DNA from: Raillietiella orientalis
Taxonomy: Eukaryota
Direction of reading: 5' to 3'
Length of the DNA stretch: 64,000 nucleotides
NCBI GenBank assembly: GCA_036172245.1
Contig: JAYWIR010000002.1
Coordinates: 2,046,001 to 2,110,000, forward strand
Shown: positions 25,295-37,299 of the stretch, piece after piece
Layout of the letters: each line of letters opens with the position of its first letter
How positions within the stretch are numbered: the first letter of the stretch is position 1
The notes under the pieces: model-generated
Database searches by the model: none
The model's input: the letters and a program-made list of their open reading frames with translations, nothing else
What the model was told of the DNA's origin: nothing
Program-made: the position numbers and the translations under genes

Positions 25295-28100
25295 CGCTAG
25301 CAGCTCCCCGGGGGGGACGAGAGCGAGGGGAGCTTTCTGGAGAGCAGCCGGGGAAGAGAAAGACAGGCAGCGATCCATGAGTTGCCCTGGGAAAAGCGCC
25401 GCTAAAGAAAAGTCTGGATTTAGGAGGAACTCTTCCCGCTGCTGCGGAGCAGCACCCATCACGCCTCCACCAGCTCATTCGGGGTTTATGCGGAGCATCC
25501 TTGGCCTTGACTCCGTCCCCGTGCTCCCGGTCTCTCAAATTCTGGGAAAATCCATTTTTTCCGTTCACTCCCCCTTCTCTCCCAGGATTCCTCGCGGACC
25601 TCTTAGGTCTGCCACACCGACGTTGGGAACGGGAGGCAGGAAGACGCGGAGCATCAGAAACCAAAAAGGAAAGGGGGAAGCCCCAACTGACGGAGAAGGG
25701 AGACACATCTCTGTCTCCTCCTCTGGCTCCTTCGCCTCCAAGCGAGACGAGAGGTGCTTCGAGTCTCTTCCCGTTGGCTCCCGGAGAAGACGCAGCCCAC
25801 AACGCGCCATTCTTCACACTGCCAGAGTAGCAGAGTGGGCGGTACAGTCTGTTCCACCCCCTTTATCCAACTTGCTCCCTTCCCCGCAACTCGTCCCCCT
25901 TCCGGTGAAGTCAAACCTTCCTCCCGCCCCTCCTCTCCGGTAGGATCGTCCGGCCGCGGTGGAGCGGTTGTTGCGGGAACGTGACCTCTGCCGTCCAACT
26001 TGCGGATCTTCGTCCTTCCCGGACACGGCTCGGCGGGAACCACGGGAAAAGGAAAAAAGACAAACGCACTCCGGGATGAGAGATTGGGAGGGAGGGAAAG
26101 ACAAGGAGACGCTTCTCTGTCCGGAGGGAGGACCACGGTGCCTCCAGGGGCGGCGGCGAACTTCCCTGCGAGGTCCCGCCGGCAGATGCATCTGGAGACG
26201 GAAGCCCCTTGGACCTAGAGGGGAACCACTGCAGACGAACTCTTCCAGGAAGGCGCCATGGGGAAGAGATTGCTGCCCCGAAGGGAGAGTTTTCAACTAG
26301 CAATAATCGCGCCTCCCTTTCGTTCAGCGGCGGCGATACTGCCCGTCCCTCTTCTCTCCCCAAAGAGAGAGAAGGGGGACGACGTGGCTGAGGTGGTGGC
26401 AGAGGTGGTCCTAAGCACCCGGGAGATCCCCCCCCCCTGCCTTCCCGCAAAGTCGACGGATGACTCGGGAACAGGGAAAATGACGTCTCGAGTGTTTCGG
26501 AATGGCGGTGCTGGCTGGAAAAGGGGAGGATGGGAGTTTGGTGCTTTGGGGGTTCCCTCTGGAAAAGGCCGGCTGGAGGTGGCCTCTCTCCATGATGCGG
26601 AGTGACCCCGATGTCGTCGGAGAGAACCTTGCGCTGTCCCGGGAAGGCTCGCAATACCGGACGACGGCCGGCGGAGCCCCGCGTTCTGCCTGTTCGGAAG
26701 GGTCCCTGGTGCGGTCAGGAAATCCGAAGTAGCGCCGGTTGCTGCTCCCCCGGAAGAGTGGCAGCAACGTCAGTGACCGCTCGCGACGTCTTTGAGGGTG
26801 GCACTGTAGAAGGAAGGGTGAGGCGAGCGATCGCCCTCTTCGTTCCACCGATGCCCGAAGGTCGCGTCCGGCACGCTCCTCCAGGGCGCAAGTATCACGC
26901 TCCACAGATGGCGATCTCTGCCGTCCGCACCTCCCTCCTTCCACAGCTGCTACCCCCGCTCCGGAATTCCGGTCGTCCACAACTCCCCTGAGTCCCCCAC
27001 GTGAGTCTTCCAAGGCGCGGGTGGCCACTGGAGCCAGGGAGCATAGGGAGCTTCCTTCTTTCGCCACAATGTTGCCATGGTGATCCGTTGACTCGTGCTC
27101 CAGCCGCCCCTGCTCTTCTTCACCACCCGGAGCCAGACGGTATTCCTTCCTAGACGGCCGCCCCTCCGCACGGCGACCTGTCTCCTCCTTAGCACTTCCG
27201 GGAGTCGCCCGGTTCTTCTGCGGCCGGCAGGAGGATCGAGGAAGCTGGCAGGAAGAGAAGCTCCCTCAGACGTCTAAGAAAGGTGCGTGGCGGCGGACGC
27301 CAAGCTTCTCGTCCCGAAAGTCTCCCGGGAGCACAGCGGGTCTCCGCCTGGAGGACAGTCTTCGGATGGTCAGGCCTGCCTCCCTGCGAAAGGACCACCC
27401 CTAGGGCGATTTCCGGGAGAATGGGGTGGAGAGGTGGCGGTTACGAGTCGAGGTGGCCCCGTTGCTCACACGGGGAACCGCGCAGAGCCGAGCAGCCAGC
27501 GGCGAGGAATCTCGGCGCCAACTTTCACGGCACCAAGATGCGCGGCCGACGAGGCGCCATGGAAACCGTGCGCTCTTCCCGATCGCGAGACCGGCCGTCT
27601 GCAGGAGCGCGCGCCGGCAGCTACCTTGCTGGAAAATCCCTGCTTCCCCGGGGTCCCCCTCTCCCCGGGAGGCTCGAAACCATTCTCCCTAGGATGGGGG
27701 GAAGCTTGCGCGTGGCGTGCAGCAGCTCTTCCCCTTGCTTCGATAGGGGTTCTCCTCGGAGGTGCGCCCCCCGATCCGGACCGCCGACCCCCACCTTCCC
27801 TCTTTCTCATCGGCTGCTCGGGGGCTCCGGATCCCGTGTGCCGTCGCGGGAGGGGAGGAGGCGAACGCTCGCATTCCGCCATCCCCGGGGACAAGCTCTC
27901 GGACCCTCCTGCTGAAGCCGCCGGAGAGCTCCACAGGATGCGGCTCCGGCCAAGAACGGACGCCCGCCGAATGAGCGACTCACCAGGAGGGACCAATCGG
28001 GCGGAAGGGATGGGGGGAGGGAGTGAACCAGCGGCAGCAGCCCGGAGGAGCAGTGCTGGCTCTTCCTTCGGCTTCAAGAGGGATCAGAGAACCGCAGTCT
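25295..28100 (+). mobile_element. Decayed L1/Tx1-like LINE (RT region)
   Basis: TSRVFRNGGAGW (D..KAFD.V.W) and LVRSGNPK*RRLLL (VRQGDPLSPLLF); same GC-rich texture as the other copies. Confidence 0.5.
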
Positions 28101-28790
28101 GCAACGTGTCTCCAGGTGTCGCGGACCAGCCCGTCGTCCAGGAGGCTTCCCGCACTGACATTCACGCGCAAGGGGAGGCTAAAGAAAACCACCACCACCA
28201 CTACCACAGCAACGACTTTAGAACAGCAATCCTTCGCGCGGAGAGCACCTGCTCCTTCGTGCCTTCGCTGCGGAGATGGCAGCACCGGCCATGGAACGGA
28301 GCGCCCGCGCATGATGCGGTGAGTTCTCAAACAAGACTTTCTGTATTGCACTTTTATTGCACTCTATTACAACCGTGTACTATAATAATAATAATCATAA
28401 TGATAGGTATTCTAATCGCTTTGCCACTAACGCTTACAGTAACGTTGAGCTGCAGAGACCGTGGACGAGTGAACGCATGCGCTCCTCGTTCTTGTCGAGA
28501 TTTTTTTTTTTTTTTTGGCGCGCGTATTTTTTTTTCTTTCTTTTCTTTTTCTTTTTTTTTTCTTTTTTTGTTTTTTCGCTTTCCATGAATTCTGGGAGTC
28601 ATGGAAACGGCAACAATGGGGCACACGCCATCTATGCTACTAGTGTCGCACGTGGCAGCCAAATCCGACGAGTCACAACGAATGTGTGTGTTTTTTTTTT
28701 CCTTTTTTTGGGGGGGTCGCGTTTCGGACGGGTGGTCGTCGCTTGCGGAGGAGAAGCGGGACCTCGGGGGCGGGGGTAAGCAGGGTCAAA
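28100..28790 (+). mobile_element. Probable piggyBac transposase fragment
   Basis: WNGAPAHD (MGGVD.HD) and FATNAYS (A.TNAY), interrupted by (ATA)n and T-runs; weak. Confidence 0.3.
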
Positions 28791-29374
28791 ACCAAGGCGC
28801 TAACGTTTCGAAAGCCAGGAAGTGAGCAAGGGGACGGGATAGGGAAACCGGGGTTTCCCCCCTCTTCGGGAGGAGGCGACAAGCAAGCAGATGCCCTTCC
28901 GGGCCGAGAGCCGCCACCTTCCCCGAAGAAGAGGGGGAGGAGGAGGGGGGGCGCAGCAGGAAGAGGGCGCGCAGTTCGCGAAGGTTCCGCAGCAGCACCG
29001 TGGTGGCGGGCTGCAGCAGCAGCTCCGCCGAGATCATCGCCGAGCATCGAGAGCACAGTCACGTGAAGGGGGAGGAGGAGAAAGAAATGATGACTTCGCC
29101 GCACAGGTGGCAGGTGGTAGTCACCGTCATCATGGTCGCAGGGTTGAGCAATGCATAAGAGCCAACGATCGTCACGGGGGCCGAGGGCCGGGTGGCTTTG
29201 GAGAGAGAGCTCCGCGACGAGAGGAAGCGGCAGCTGCAGACTCCCTCCCTCCCCCCCTTCCGAGCTCCCTACGTGGATGGGGGTCGATTCCCGGGTCCCC
29301 CAAGCTCTCGAACCGGGGCATTTCCTTGCGTCCGCTGTTCCTCCTCCACGTCCGGAACTCGCGAGCGTCCCGCT

Positions 29375-32300
29375 TCACAGATGGGTGACCCCCTGGTTGG
29401 ATCGCGTGCTGAGGCGAAGGCTCTGCGAAGATGCCCTGCTCTGCTTCCGGAGGTCGGGAGGCTGGCCGCCGCCGGCGGGCGGGGGAGGGTGTTCTCCCTC
29501 CTCCTCGCTGCTGAGCTCGAGGGCGGGGTTCACCCGGCCTTTCATCTCGTCCAGGGAGTTGTACTTCTTCAGGGCCAGCGCGTTCATCATGCAGACCTCG
29601 TCCTCATGGGGGTCGGTGACCCTGACCTTGTCTTCGGGAATGTTCACGACGCAGTGGAACACGTCGTACTGGGGAGGGATGTACCCTTCCTCGAACACGT
29701 ACTTGGAAAGCCAGGACCCGACGGCCAGCGTGGAGAGGGAAAGGAGCATGGAGAACGAGCGGAAGGGGAATCTCTGCTGGCCGTCTGAATAGTAGGGGTA
29801 ATGTATGAACGCGGGCAGGTTCAGCACGGGCTCTCCTCCGGCGACGCGGAAAAACAGCCCCACAGCGTACGCTGCCATGCTCCCGTAAGTGTTGCAGTGA
29901 TGCTTGAAATGCACCACCATAAGCAGCTGAGGGAACAGGATCACATACACGAGATCGGAGCACAGGTACCTGGGAGAGAAGACAAACAGGATTTGAACAA
30001 CATTGTTTTCTACCTCTCTCTCTCTCTTTCTTTTTTATCCAAAAATGAAACGAAATAAAATGACGACGATGATGACAAATCGCATTTCATCCTTTCCCCT
30101 TTGCACACGTCATTCCCATTTCAGATGCGTTACGAATGCAGGGCACTCGCTGCGAATTTTCGTGTGGAACTCGATGCCCCCCGGGTGCATCGGGGCGTTT
30201 ATTTGGCTAGAAATAAACGTTCGCAAAGGTTGTGGTTGGACCGGCGATCCAGCCACGTGCGCGCTTTACCGGGAGCACTGCCGAGTTAGCGGTACGCGGA
30301 CCGGTGGGGGTCCCCCACGCGAGAAGCCGAGCCGGAGCGCGTTCGACTGCGCCTGCGCGCGCCGGCGACGAAGGCGGTTGTTTCGAGCGCGCTGGACGCG
30401 AGGTACCCGGGCCTGGAGAGCCCGAGAAGCAGCCCTCAGGAAGGGCGCGGCAGCTCGCCGGGGAGGGGGGAAGGAGGGGAGGGGAGAGAGGCTTCCCCGT
30501 CCAACGGGAAGGGGGTAGGGTGGGGACGCCAGCCCTACAGGCCCTCCTTTCCCAAGGGCGGGCGGGCGATCCGTCCGGGAAAGCCGGCTCCGCTCTTCGC
30601 GGGGGTCCCGAGCACGCGCGAGCGCGGTTTTCCCGAGACTGCGCGCGGAGAGAGAGAGATTCAGACGGCTCGTCCCGTCCGCGACGACGGGCTCGGGACA
30701 GCCACGACCTGTGGACCAACGGAGGCACAGACGTCCCGGGCGAACACAGGGAGCAGAGGCGCACCCGCCGCGAAAGAAAGCGCGCCGCTCTTTCCTCCGG
30801 ATGACTCAGAGGGATGGCGCAGAGACGACATAGGCGTCACCTTCCCACTCTTCCTCCTCCTCCCCCCGCGAAGACGTGTGCTGAGACGGGGGTGGGTATG
30901 ACACCCGGCTGAGGGCATGCGTGAGTCCCAGGGGAGCGAAGCGTTCCGGTGCAGCTCTGGGATCGCAGCGGCTCTCCGATGACCGCTTCAGCTGCTTCGC
31001 CTCCTGGTCCTAAGGTCAAAAGGTCAAAGCGCAACGGAGGGAAGGGGGAACCTTCAGGAGCGGACGGAAGCTGCGTGGGGTGAAGGATCCGTCCAGGAAG
31101 CAAGCCGGGCTCTTGGAAAAGGGCGGGGGAGTCCCGGTGGCCCTCCTGTCCTCCCTCGCTCTGGTCCAAGAGGGAGCGGGAAGCGGGACCGGGAGCATTA
31201 GGACTGCGCCCCCCGACGCAAAGCGGGCGACATTGCATCCCGAAGTGGGCGTGCCCCGTCTTGTTTTCCCTGCGAGCGGATTGCAACGAGGAGGAAGGGT
31301 CGCGAGGGAGCTCCCAGTCTCCGACAGAAGGGCCGCTCGGAGTGTTTTCCTTTCCTCCTCTCTCCCCCTCCCTCATCCGGGTGAGCCTCCGCCCGAGCCG
31401 AGAGCCACCTTTACCGGTGAAGGAAAGCGGTCGACCTCGGGGTCCTGGAACCATGCTCCCGGCAGCTCCAGAGGATCCCGGGAGCGCTGATCCTGCTCCA
31501 GCCGCCGACTGGTATCCACAGGAGGCAGTCCCCCGCAGGGCGCGGTCCTCCTTCCCTCCCCTCCACCTCGCCACAAACTGCCCTTCCACGGCCTGCCGAA
31601 AGCGCACGCGGCGCGACTGCTTCCGCGGCCCCTGCCATACGGGACGTCATCCTCCCGCGGCTAATCGCTACAGCCCGGACGGAGGAGGAGGAATCCGACT
31701 CCGGCCTCCTGGGTCCGGGATCCGGCAGGAAGGTTTCACGCTCTTTCGCAGGGGTCCAGGTCCGCGGATGCTCTCTGAGCCGACGGTAGTGGTCCGTGGA
31801 TCTCTGCCAATCGGCAAAAGGGGGAGAAAAAGAGAGCCAGGAGAGAGAGGGACCCAGAGAAGAACTCAGGAAAAACAAAAGCGGGGAGAGGGGACAGGAA
31901 AGGGGCTGCGTTTCCTCCTGTTTTCGTGCCGAATTGGAAACGCCACCGGGTCGCAGCTTCTGACGTGAGGCGGCGAGGAAGCACGCGAGAAGCTTTCGCT
32001 CTGACCGTCGATTGTAGGACAGATGGCGCTCCTTTCTTCTTTTCCGTTAGCCCCCCCCCCCACGAACTCACCTTGCTTGGCTGCGAAATACACGGGTGGG
32101 AGTGAGGGGGGGGGGATCCTCTCCTACTCGCCTTGTCCCCCACGCACGTGCCTACGGCGTGGGGCGCGCGCGCTTCCCGTCAGCGTGTGACCGCCGCACG
32201 CGTTCCGTCTCGCTCGCCCAACGCGGCGGCGACGTGCAGCTCGTGCTGTGCATCCGATCGTTCGCTCCCACTGCAGCCAGATCTTTCCCGATATTTCCCG

Positions 32301-34761
32301 TGATTATCTATCAACCATCGATTACAGGGGTTTACCATTTTCAAGTAATGAACTGAAAGAAGGAGGAGAAAAAAAAAAATCCTTACCAGAGTCCATAGAT
32401 TGTTGGAATCGTTAAAGCCATTATTGTTGCTAGGATACCGGTAACCACAATGGCTATTTTTAGAACAATCATGACTTCCTTTTCGGATGCCTTTAACGAG
32501 AAAGTACAATTAGAACATGGCACATCAGCTATCGTGATCCTGTGTGATCACGCGATGAGTTCCGGGGAGCATACCTAGCTATAAGCAAGGATGTCTGCAA
32601 GAACAAGAAAGGGGAAAAAAAAGGAAAAAAAAAAAAAAAGGTAGCGCTAAGTTGTTGTTGTTTTTTTTCCCCTTCTTCGTCTTTTTTCAAACCGAGGTTC
32701 GTTCCCCGACTTACGTTGTTGCGTATGCACATCTTGTAGATGTTCCTGGCGAACATGGAGGAGGCAGAAAGCACGGACGAGTCGGCGCTCGACATGACGG
32801 CTGCGCTGACGGCGCCCAGACCGAACAGCGACACGAAGGTTGGCGTGAGGTACTGCAAGACGATGGGCAGCACCATCTTCGTGTCGCTCCCTTGGATCGG
32901 TATGGACCCGGTCCAAGCCGTCTCGTTCCAAGCTGCAGGGGCGGGGAGGAAAAAGGTGATGGGAAGGTTTTGCGCCTCGTCTCTCCCTCACTCTCTCGCC
33001 AATCCCTTCCTCCCCTGTCCTCACCTGTGGACTTGGCGATGACCCCGATCAGCACGGGGGGGATGGCCATGATGAGACAGCCCACCGCTGCCACGTAGGA
33101 GAGGATCTGCGCCCGGAAGGCCGACTTGCAGGAGAGGACCCTTTGGAAGTAGACCTGAGAAAACGAGGGGAGGGGGGAACGGTGCTGCCTTCGACGGGAA
33201 GCTCCCACCTGCCAGGGGATCCCTCCGAAGATCAGCATGAGGCTGAGGTCGATGTAGACAGGCCAGTCGGCCGTCTCCACGGTGCCGACCCAGGACTCAC
33301 CCAGGAGTTTGGTGTCGCGGACAGCCGGATGGTTCCATGCGAAGGGGATGCACACCCACTAGAAGGAGCGAGAGGAGGAGGAAGGGAGGAAGAGGAAAGA
33401 GGCGACGGCGTCGCATCCTTTCCCCTCGTCCCGGGGATTAACAGGGGAGCGAGTTCCCTTACCAGGCCGATGAAGATGCAGAACAGCTGGATGACGTCAG
33501 TGTACGCGACGCTGTATAGGCCCCCGAACAGAGTGTACAGGATTGCGATGCAGGAGCTCAGGATGACGGAGACAACCGGGTCGATGTCGATGATGACGCT
33601 GAGGGTGGCTCCTTCCTCCCGAAAAGAGAGAGGAAGAGGGAGGTGGAGCTGTCCCAGCGTTTCCGGATGGGGTGGATGGGGGGTGGAAGGAGAGAAGCAA
33701 ACCCTCGCCGCCTCGCTCTTACCTCCCCGTAATGGCGGCGGAGCGCTTCCAGCTCCTTCCCCTCCTCGCGTCTTCCCATACCCTCTTGCTCGCCTCTGCT
33801 CACTCTCCCCCCTACACTAATTCCTCATCCTTCTCCCCGTAGGGAGCAGGAAGGAAACCTCTTCATCCGGTCCTTCCGGGTGGGGGTGGAAGGAGGCTTT
33901 GACTTCCTCACCTTTCCTCCCCCCTCTCCATCTTCCTCAGAAACTCACCCAATGCCGCCAAGATGGCCGCCGACCAGAAGACTTCGCCGCAGAGGGCAGG
34001 CAGGAACAGCAGGCCGCCCATGCGCTCCCCGAGCGTGGCTTGCAGGGGGTCCAGCATGGTCACGTAGCCGTGCTTCCTCATGGTGTTGGCGAAGAACACT
34101 CCACCTGGGGGGAGGAACGGGAAGGGGGAAACGTCCATGTGAATGTCGCCGCCAACAGAAGGAGGAGGAGGAGGAGGACTCTCCGCATCCCGCGAAGGTC
34201 ACCTCGAGGTCGCGGGCTGGAACGGAGAAGGGGAGGGGCTCCCTCCTCCCCCCCCTGCGGACCGAGGTTGCGCAGGAGGCGAGGGGGAAAGGAGGCGCCT
34301 TCTGCCTCTCCGGAGGGGACGGTCACCGCCCCTCTTCCGCCGCAGCGGTCCGACCGCTTACCTCCCTCCCTCCCCCTCCTGGTGCAGACGGGGACCCCCC
34401 TTGGCCCCGCGCCTACCGACGACCAGGCTGAGGGCGTAGCCGAAGGGCGCCTGGCACCACACAAGCCCGTGGTCGTACAGCTCTTCGGCCGTGCCGTTGA
34501 TGTAGCCGCCTCCGACCCACGTGGCTGGAAGGGGAGGGCGGTGAGCAGGAGAGGCGCCCCGGGGGATAGACCCCTGCCCTTCTCTCGACCCCTACCGGTC
34601 ATCGTGAAGATGCCGATGAACAGCCCGATGCTCCTGCCGGCCAGCATGACCTCCTCCTCCTCGCTCTCCGAGGAGCTCTTCTTGCGACCGGCCCAGATGC
34701 CCACCAGCAGGATGAGGACATAGAAGACGATGACCGAGATGAGGCCCAGCACGTTGATCAT
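29375..34761 (-). CDS. cho-1: High-affinity Na+/choline transporter (SLC5A7/CHT1 orthologue, sodium:solute symporter family), 9 exons, 591 aa
   Basis: Hand-spliced minus-strand exons: 34596-34761, 34417-34524, 33949-34104, 33463-33611, 33209-33358, 33025-33154, 32715-32932, 32387-32490, 29375-29969. All introns are GT-AG, phases are consistent, and the total is a 1776 nt open frame. CHT1 motifs present: [116 protein letters not shown]. Confidence 0.96.
30172..32200 (-). mobile_element. Decayed L1/Tx1-like LINE 3' part inside cho-1 intron 8
   Basis: [13 protein letters not shown] (P..EGGLG..D) and [15 protein letters not shown] (zf-RVT). Terminal aaataaacgccccgatgcacccggggggcatc on the minus strand at 30173-30204. 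Confidence 0.65.
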
Positions 34762-34799
34762 GGCGGGAGGGGCAGAAGGGGCTCCGGAGAGGTGCAGCA

Positions 34800-37260
34800 G
34801 GCGGGCGGCTTGCCCCGGTCACGTGTGGCACAGATCTGGAAGGACGAAGGGGCGGTCAGTCGGAGAGGGAGGGCAAAGACCGCGCGGCCCCCACCCCATC
34901 CCATCTCTGCAAGACTTGCGGGGCATTCGGCGGACCTTGCCCTCTCCCCGCTCTGGGCAGCCCCACCCCCATCCGCTCCGCCCCCGGGAAGGAGGCCTCT
35001 CCGGCGAAGACCCCTCGCGAGGAAGAGAGGAGGGGGGAGGAGCGAACCCGGACTTGCAGTTCCCACCCGCCTGCCCGCGCGCGCGCAGAGCCTCCTTGAC
35101 CTCCTTCACGGACTCAGCCCGATGGAGAGCGGTCCGAACAGCAGCAGCAGCGGCGGCGGCAGCAGTCGCCCCACCTCAGGGACGTTCTCTTGGAAGGCGT
35201 GTTCCGCGTCCGGAAGCCCAGGCTCCCCGTAGTCATGGAGCCGCGCTCGTCGCCGTCATGGGAACCGAGGGAGGAAGGGAGGGGGGGGAGGAAAGGGGAG
35301 GGGGGACGCACCAGGAGGGAGTGGGGCGGCGGCGGACGGGCGCACCGGAGGGAGACGCCGCGGTGGACGGCAGCGTGCGGTGCGGAATCTTCTGCGGCCG
35401 CTGTCCTTCCGGTCTCCCAGGATACTGGCGGGAGGCGCGCGCGGGACGCGAGGAAGCCGAGACGGCGCGGAGGAGTGTCGCGGAAGTCCCGGCACTTCCG
35501 GAGGAGGGCGCGGCGGCGGCAGGGGCGGGAGAGCAGCGGCAGCAGCCGCCATGTCGATGGGGAGGGGAGGGAGAGCGTCCGCACGAACACGCGCATCCGC
35601 CCGCCTTCCCACCTCACCCCTGAAGGAGAGGCGGCGCTCTGGGGGAGACGGCGAGCTTGCCCTCATCCCCACACACCCCTCGTTCCCCTACCCCTTGCTC
35701 CCCCCCTTTTTTGTTACCTCCCGCCAGCCCCGGGGCAAGCGGAACCGTGGGGGAGGCGGCGGCCGGAGAGGCGGGAAAGGAAGGGGTGGGGGCATTGTGG
35801 AAACTGGGAGCCGCTTCCTCCCTTCTCTCCCTCCCCCCCCCCTTCCCCTTGCCTGCTTGCCCTGCTTTCGGAGCCGCCAGCCGGGTCGCTTCCGGGAGAT
35901 TCCCATTGGACGGCTCCGCCGATGGGCGTAGCCGGTAACGTCCTTTCTTCCTGGAGCGCGCCGGCGAGCGAGCGGGAACGACGGGAAACCGCTGCCTCGC
36001 CTCTCGACGGGAAGCCCCGCCGACCCGTTGGCGGCGGAGGCGACCACGAGCTTTCCCGGCGCGCCCCAACGGCGGTGGGGCGGGGAGGAGCGCTCCCGCA
36101 GCCACCCCCTTCGCCCTATGGGAAGGGGAAAAGAGGAAGGCGGGGCAGGGGGGACAGAAGAACTCCGTCCCCGCCCTGCCGGCCCCTCTCCCCTTCTCGG
36201 AGGGGGGAGATGTCGGCCCGGTGTCGCGGGAGCAAGGGTGATGGCAGGTCCGCCGCTGTCCCTACCCTCGGGGAAGGGCCTGTCCCGTACCCTCGCCCGA
36301 GGCGGAGCGCGCTCAGTGTGATACTGTGCAACGGAAGGGGAGGGGACAATCCCACAAGTAGTGGGTTGGCGCATCCCCACGGAGGGCTGGGAGGGAAGGA
36401 AGAGGACTGGGGGCAATGGAAGAGGAAAGGGACGAAGTGGGGGGGTGACTCGAAGATCCTCCCTCTTCCTGCTCTCCTTTCCCTCCCCCCCGCCTCCGGT
36501 ATCTCCCTCCTTTTTTTGGCTTTCCTCCCTGCACTGGTCAGGCTCTGGACGTGGGCGGGGGTGGCACTCGGGTTCGCCACGTTCCCTCCCTCCCTCCCTG
36601 ATCGAAGGGCGAGAGAGCCGTGGGGTGCCAAGGCTCCTCCGCGAGCGCTAGGGGCAGAGCTCTACCCTCTCCGGGGAGGGCCGAAAAAGGGAATTTTCTC
36701 CCCTCCCCCTCCTCTGGACGTCTGGCCCTTCGATTCCTGGACTGCTCCTCACTCTCGCGCAAGAGGGAGCAAGAGGGCGCGTCACCTCCCTGGAGGCCCC
36801 TCCTTCTCCAGACGAAGGCATTTGGGTGTGGTGGTCTCACGGGAAGTCCCAGCCCTTCGGCTTGCCTCCGATCCGAGGAGGGGCGCGGCCCTCGAAATGC
36901 TGCGAATCTGCGGCTCGCTTGCAGAGACTCTCTCCCTCCCCCCCTCCAGAGACCGGGCGATGCTGTCTCTCCTGGATGCGCTCCCGACAGCCCAAGCGCG
37001 AGGGACGAAATCTCGTTTCCAGGGAAACGGTCACTGGTCTCCGCTTCACCCTGACGGAGATAAATAAAAGGCCTTGCACACCTCCTTTTTGCAGGGCACC
37101 CCAGCCCGCGTTCTAGCCTTCTCCCCGTTCTCTTCCTCTTCGGAGATTCCCAGAATTCATCTTCTTCCGGGGACCTCTTCCATCGCATTCCTCCGGGCAC
37201 CCGGGGGTTATCCCCGAGTGCAGGAGGGCTGTCAGAAGCTCGGAAGAAGAGCAACAACAA
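34800..37260 (+). mobile_element. Decayed L1/Tx1-like LINE immediately upstream of cho-1
   Basis: LAHPHGGLG at about 36365 and VPALRL...LRICGSLAETL (zf-RVT) at about 36850-36930. The left boundary is uncertain. Confidence 0.55.
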
Positions 37261-37299
37261 AAGCACGTGACCATTGAAAAATGCCCTCTCCGCTTTCAC

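Noticed and set aside
35190..37067. 625-aa ORF, and other long GC-rich ORFs such as 27287-28588, 11818-12867 and 8421-9416
   Set aside because: They are Arg/Gly/Pro-rich, overlap in several frames and contain only patches of transposon motifs. Long open frames are expected where high GC makes stop codons rare.
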